A DNA stretch of 34,936 bases from Candidatus Moranbacteria bacterium RIFCSPHIGHO2_02_FULL_40_12b (GTDB lineage Bacteria; Patescibacteriota; Minisyncoccia; Moranbacterales; 2-12-FULL-40-10), in NCBI GenBank assembly GCA_001784725.1, contig MFRX01000009.1, forward strand, positions 72,425 through 107,360. The letters are read 5' to 3'. Numbering within the stretch: the stretch's first letter is position 1; every line of letters starts with the position of its first letter. A program made the position numbers and the translations under genes. This document shows positions 34,544 to 34,936 of this stretch, piece after piece. The notes under the pieces were generated by a model. The model ran no database searches. It was not told where the DNA came from and saw only the letters and a list, made by a program, of their open reading frames with translations.

Positions 34544-34936
34544 ATGAAATTTTCATATAATTGGTTGCGAAAACTTAGTAGCACAAAGCTATCTCCGGAA
34601 AAACTAGCGGCGGCTTTGACGATGCGCGCGTTTGAGGCGGAAGGGATGGAAAAAGCCGGCAAGAATACTTTTATTGACATTAATGTCTTGGCCAACCGGG
34701 GACACGACGCGCTTTCTCATGTCGGAATGGCGCGGGAAATTTGCGCGCTGGAAAATAAGAAGTTGAAATATAAATTCGCGAAATTGCAATTTAAAAAAGG
34801 TTCAACCTTTTCCTTTTCCGGCAAGCCGGAAAATTTCTCAAGGTTGAACCTTTCCGTTAAGATTGAACATACCATGGTATGTTCACGTTATATCGGCGCG
34901 GTGATGGAAAATGTTGAAATTAAAGAATCGCCGAAG
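34544..34936 (+). CDS. pheT: Phenylalanine--tRNA ligase beta subunit, 3'-truncated by window edge
   Basis: Hand translation MKFSYNWL...INVLANRGHDALSHVGMAREI...CSRYIGAVMENVEIKESP; directly after pheS. Not in the ORF track because no stop is reached. Confidence 0.93.
   Translation, partial: MKFSYNWLRKLSSTKLSPEKLAAALTMRAFEAEGMEKAGKNTFIDINVLANRGHDALSHVGMAREICALENKKLKYKFAKLQFKKGSTFSFSGKPENFSRLNLSVKIEHTMVCSRYIGAVMENVEIKESPK
34797..34852. repeat. 56-bp palindromic element, copy in-frame within pheT
   Basis: AAGGTTCAACCTT...TCCGGCAAGCCGGA...AAGGTTGAACCTT, inverted relative to 29613-29668. Confidence 0.9.

Noticed and set aside
4040-34789. Numerous short antisense or nested ORFs in the track (e.g. 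7449-7739, 25721-26098, 31969-32364, 33927-34304)
   Set aside because: Shadows of well-supported genes on the other strand or frame, with no recognisable motifs.

Overview
AT-rich bacterial window, most consistent with a Patescibacteria/CPR (Moranbacteria-like) genome. That assignment is inference from a PheT lacking the B2 tRNA-binding domain, few Shine-Dalgarno sites and many short palindromic repeats. Positions ~1-28.9 kb form a large surface-glycan locus: wzt, wzx, six intact soluble GT4/GT2 glycosyltransferases, two GT-C-like membrane proteins, UDP-glucuronate epimerase, gmd, ugd, an asnB-type amidotransferase and five SAM methyltransferases. The locus contains a separately promoted cassette (HxlB-like isomerase, RPE-like epimerase, nucleotidyltransferase-kinase fusion, KdsC-like phosphatase, O- and C-methyltransferases) that looks like an undescribed rare-sugar activation pathway. 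Three exported proteins follow, including a Lys/Tyr-rich SpoIID protein, then an ArnC-like GT2, pheS and the 5' part of pheT. Other notable observations: short palindromic elements sit in-frame inside genes, including a 56-bp element found both intergenically and within pheT with compensatory base changes; an out-of-frame deletion junction at ~26.3 kb; a PheS with atypical amino-acid pocket residues; 7-nt periodic tracts at gene junctions; and two candidate leaderless transcripts. No CRISPR array, rRNA, tRNA or transposase was recognised.
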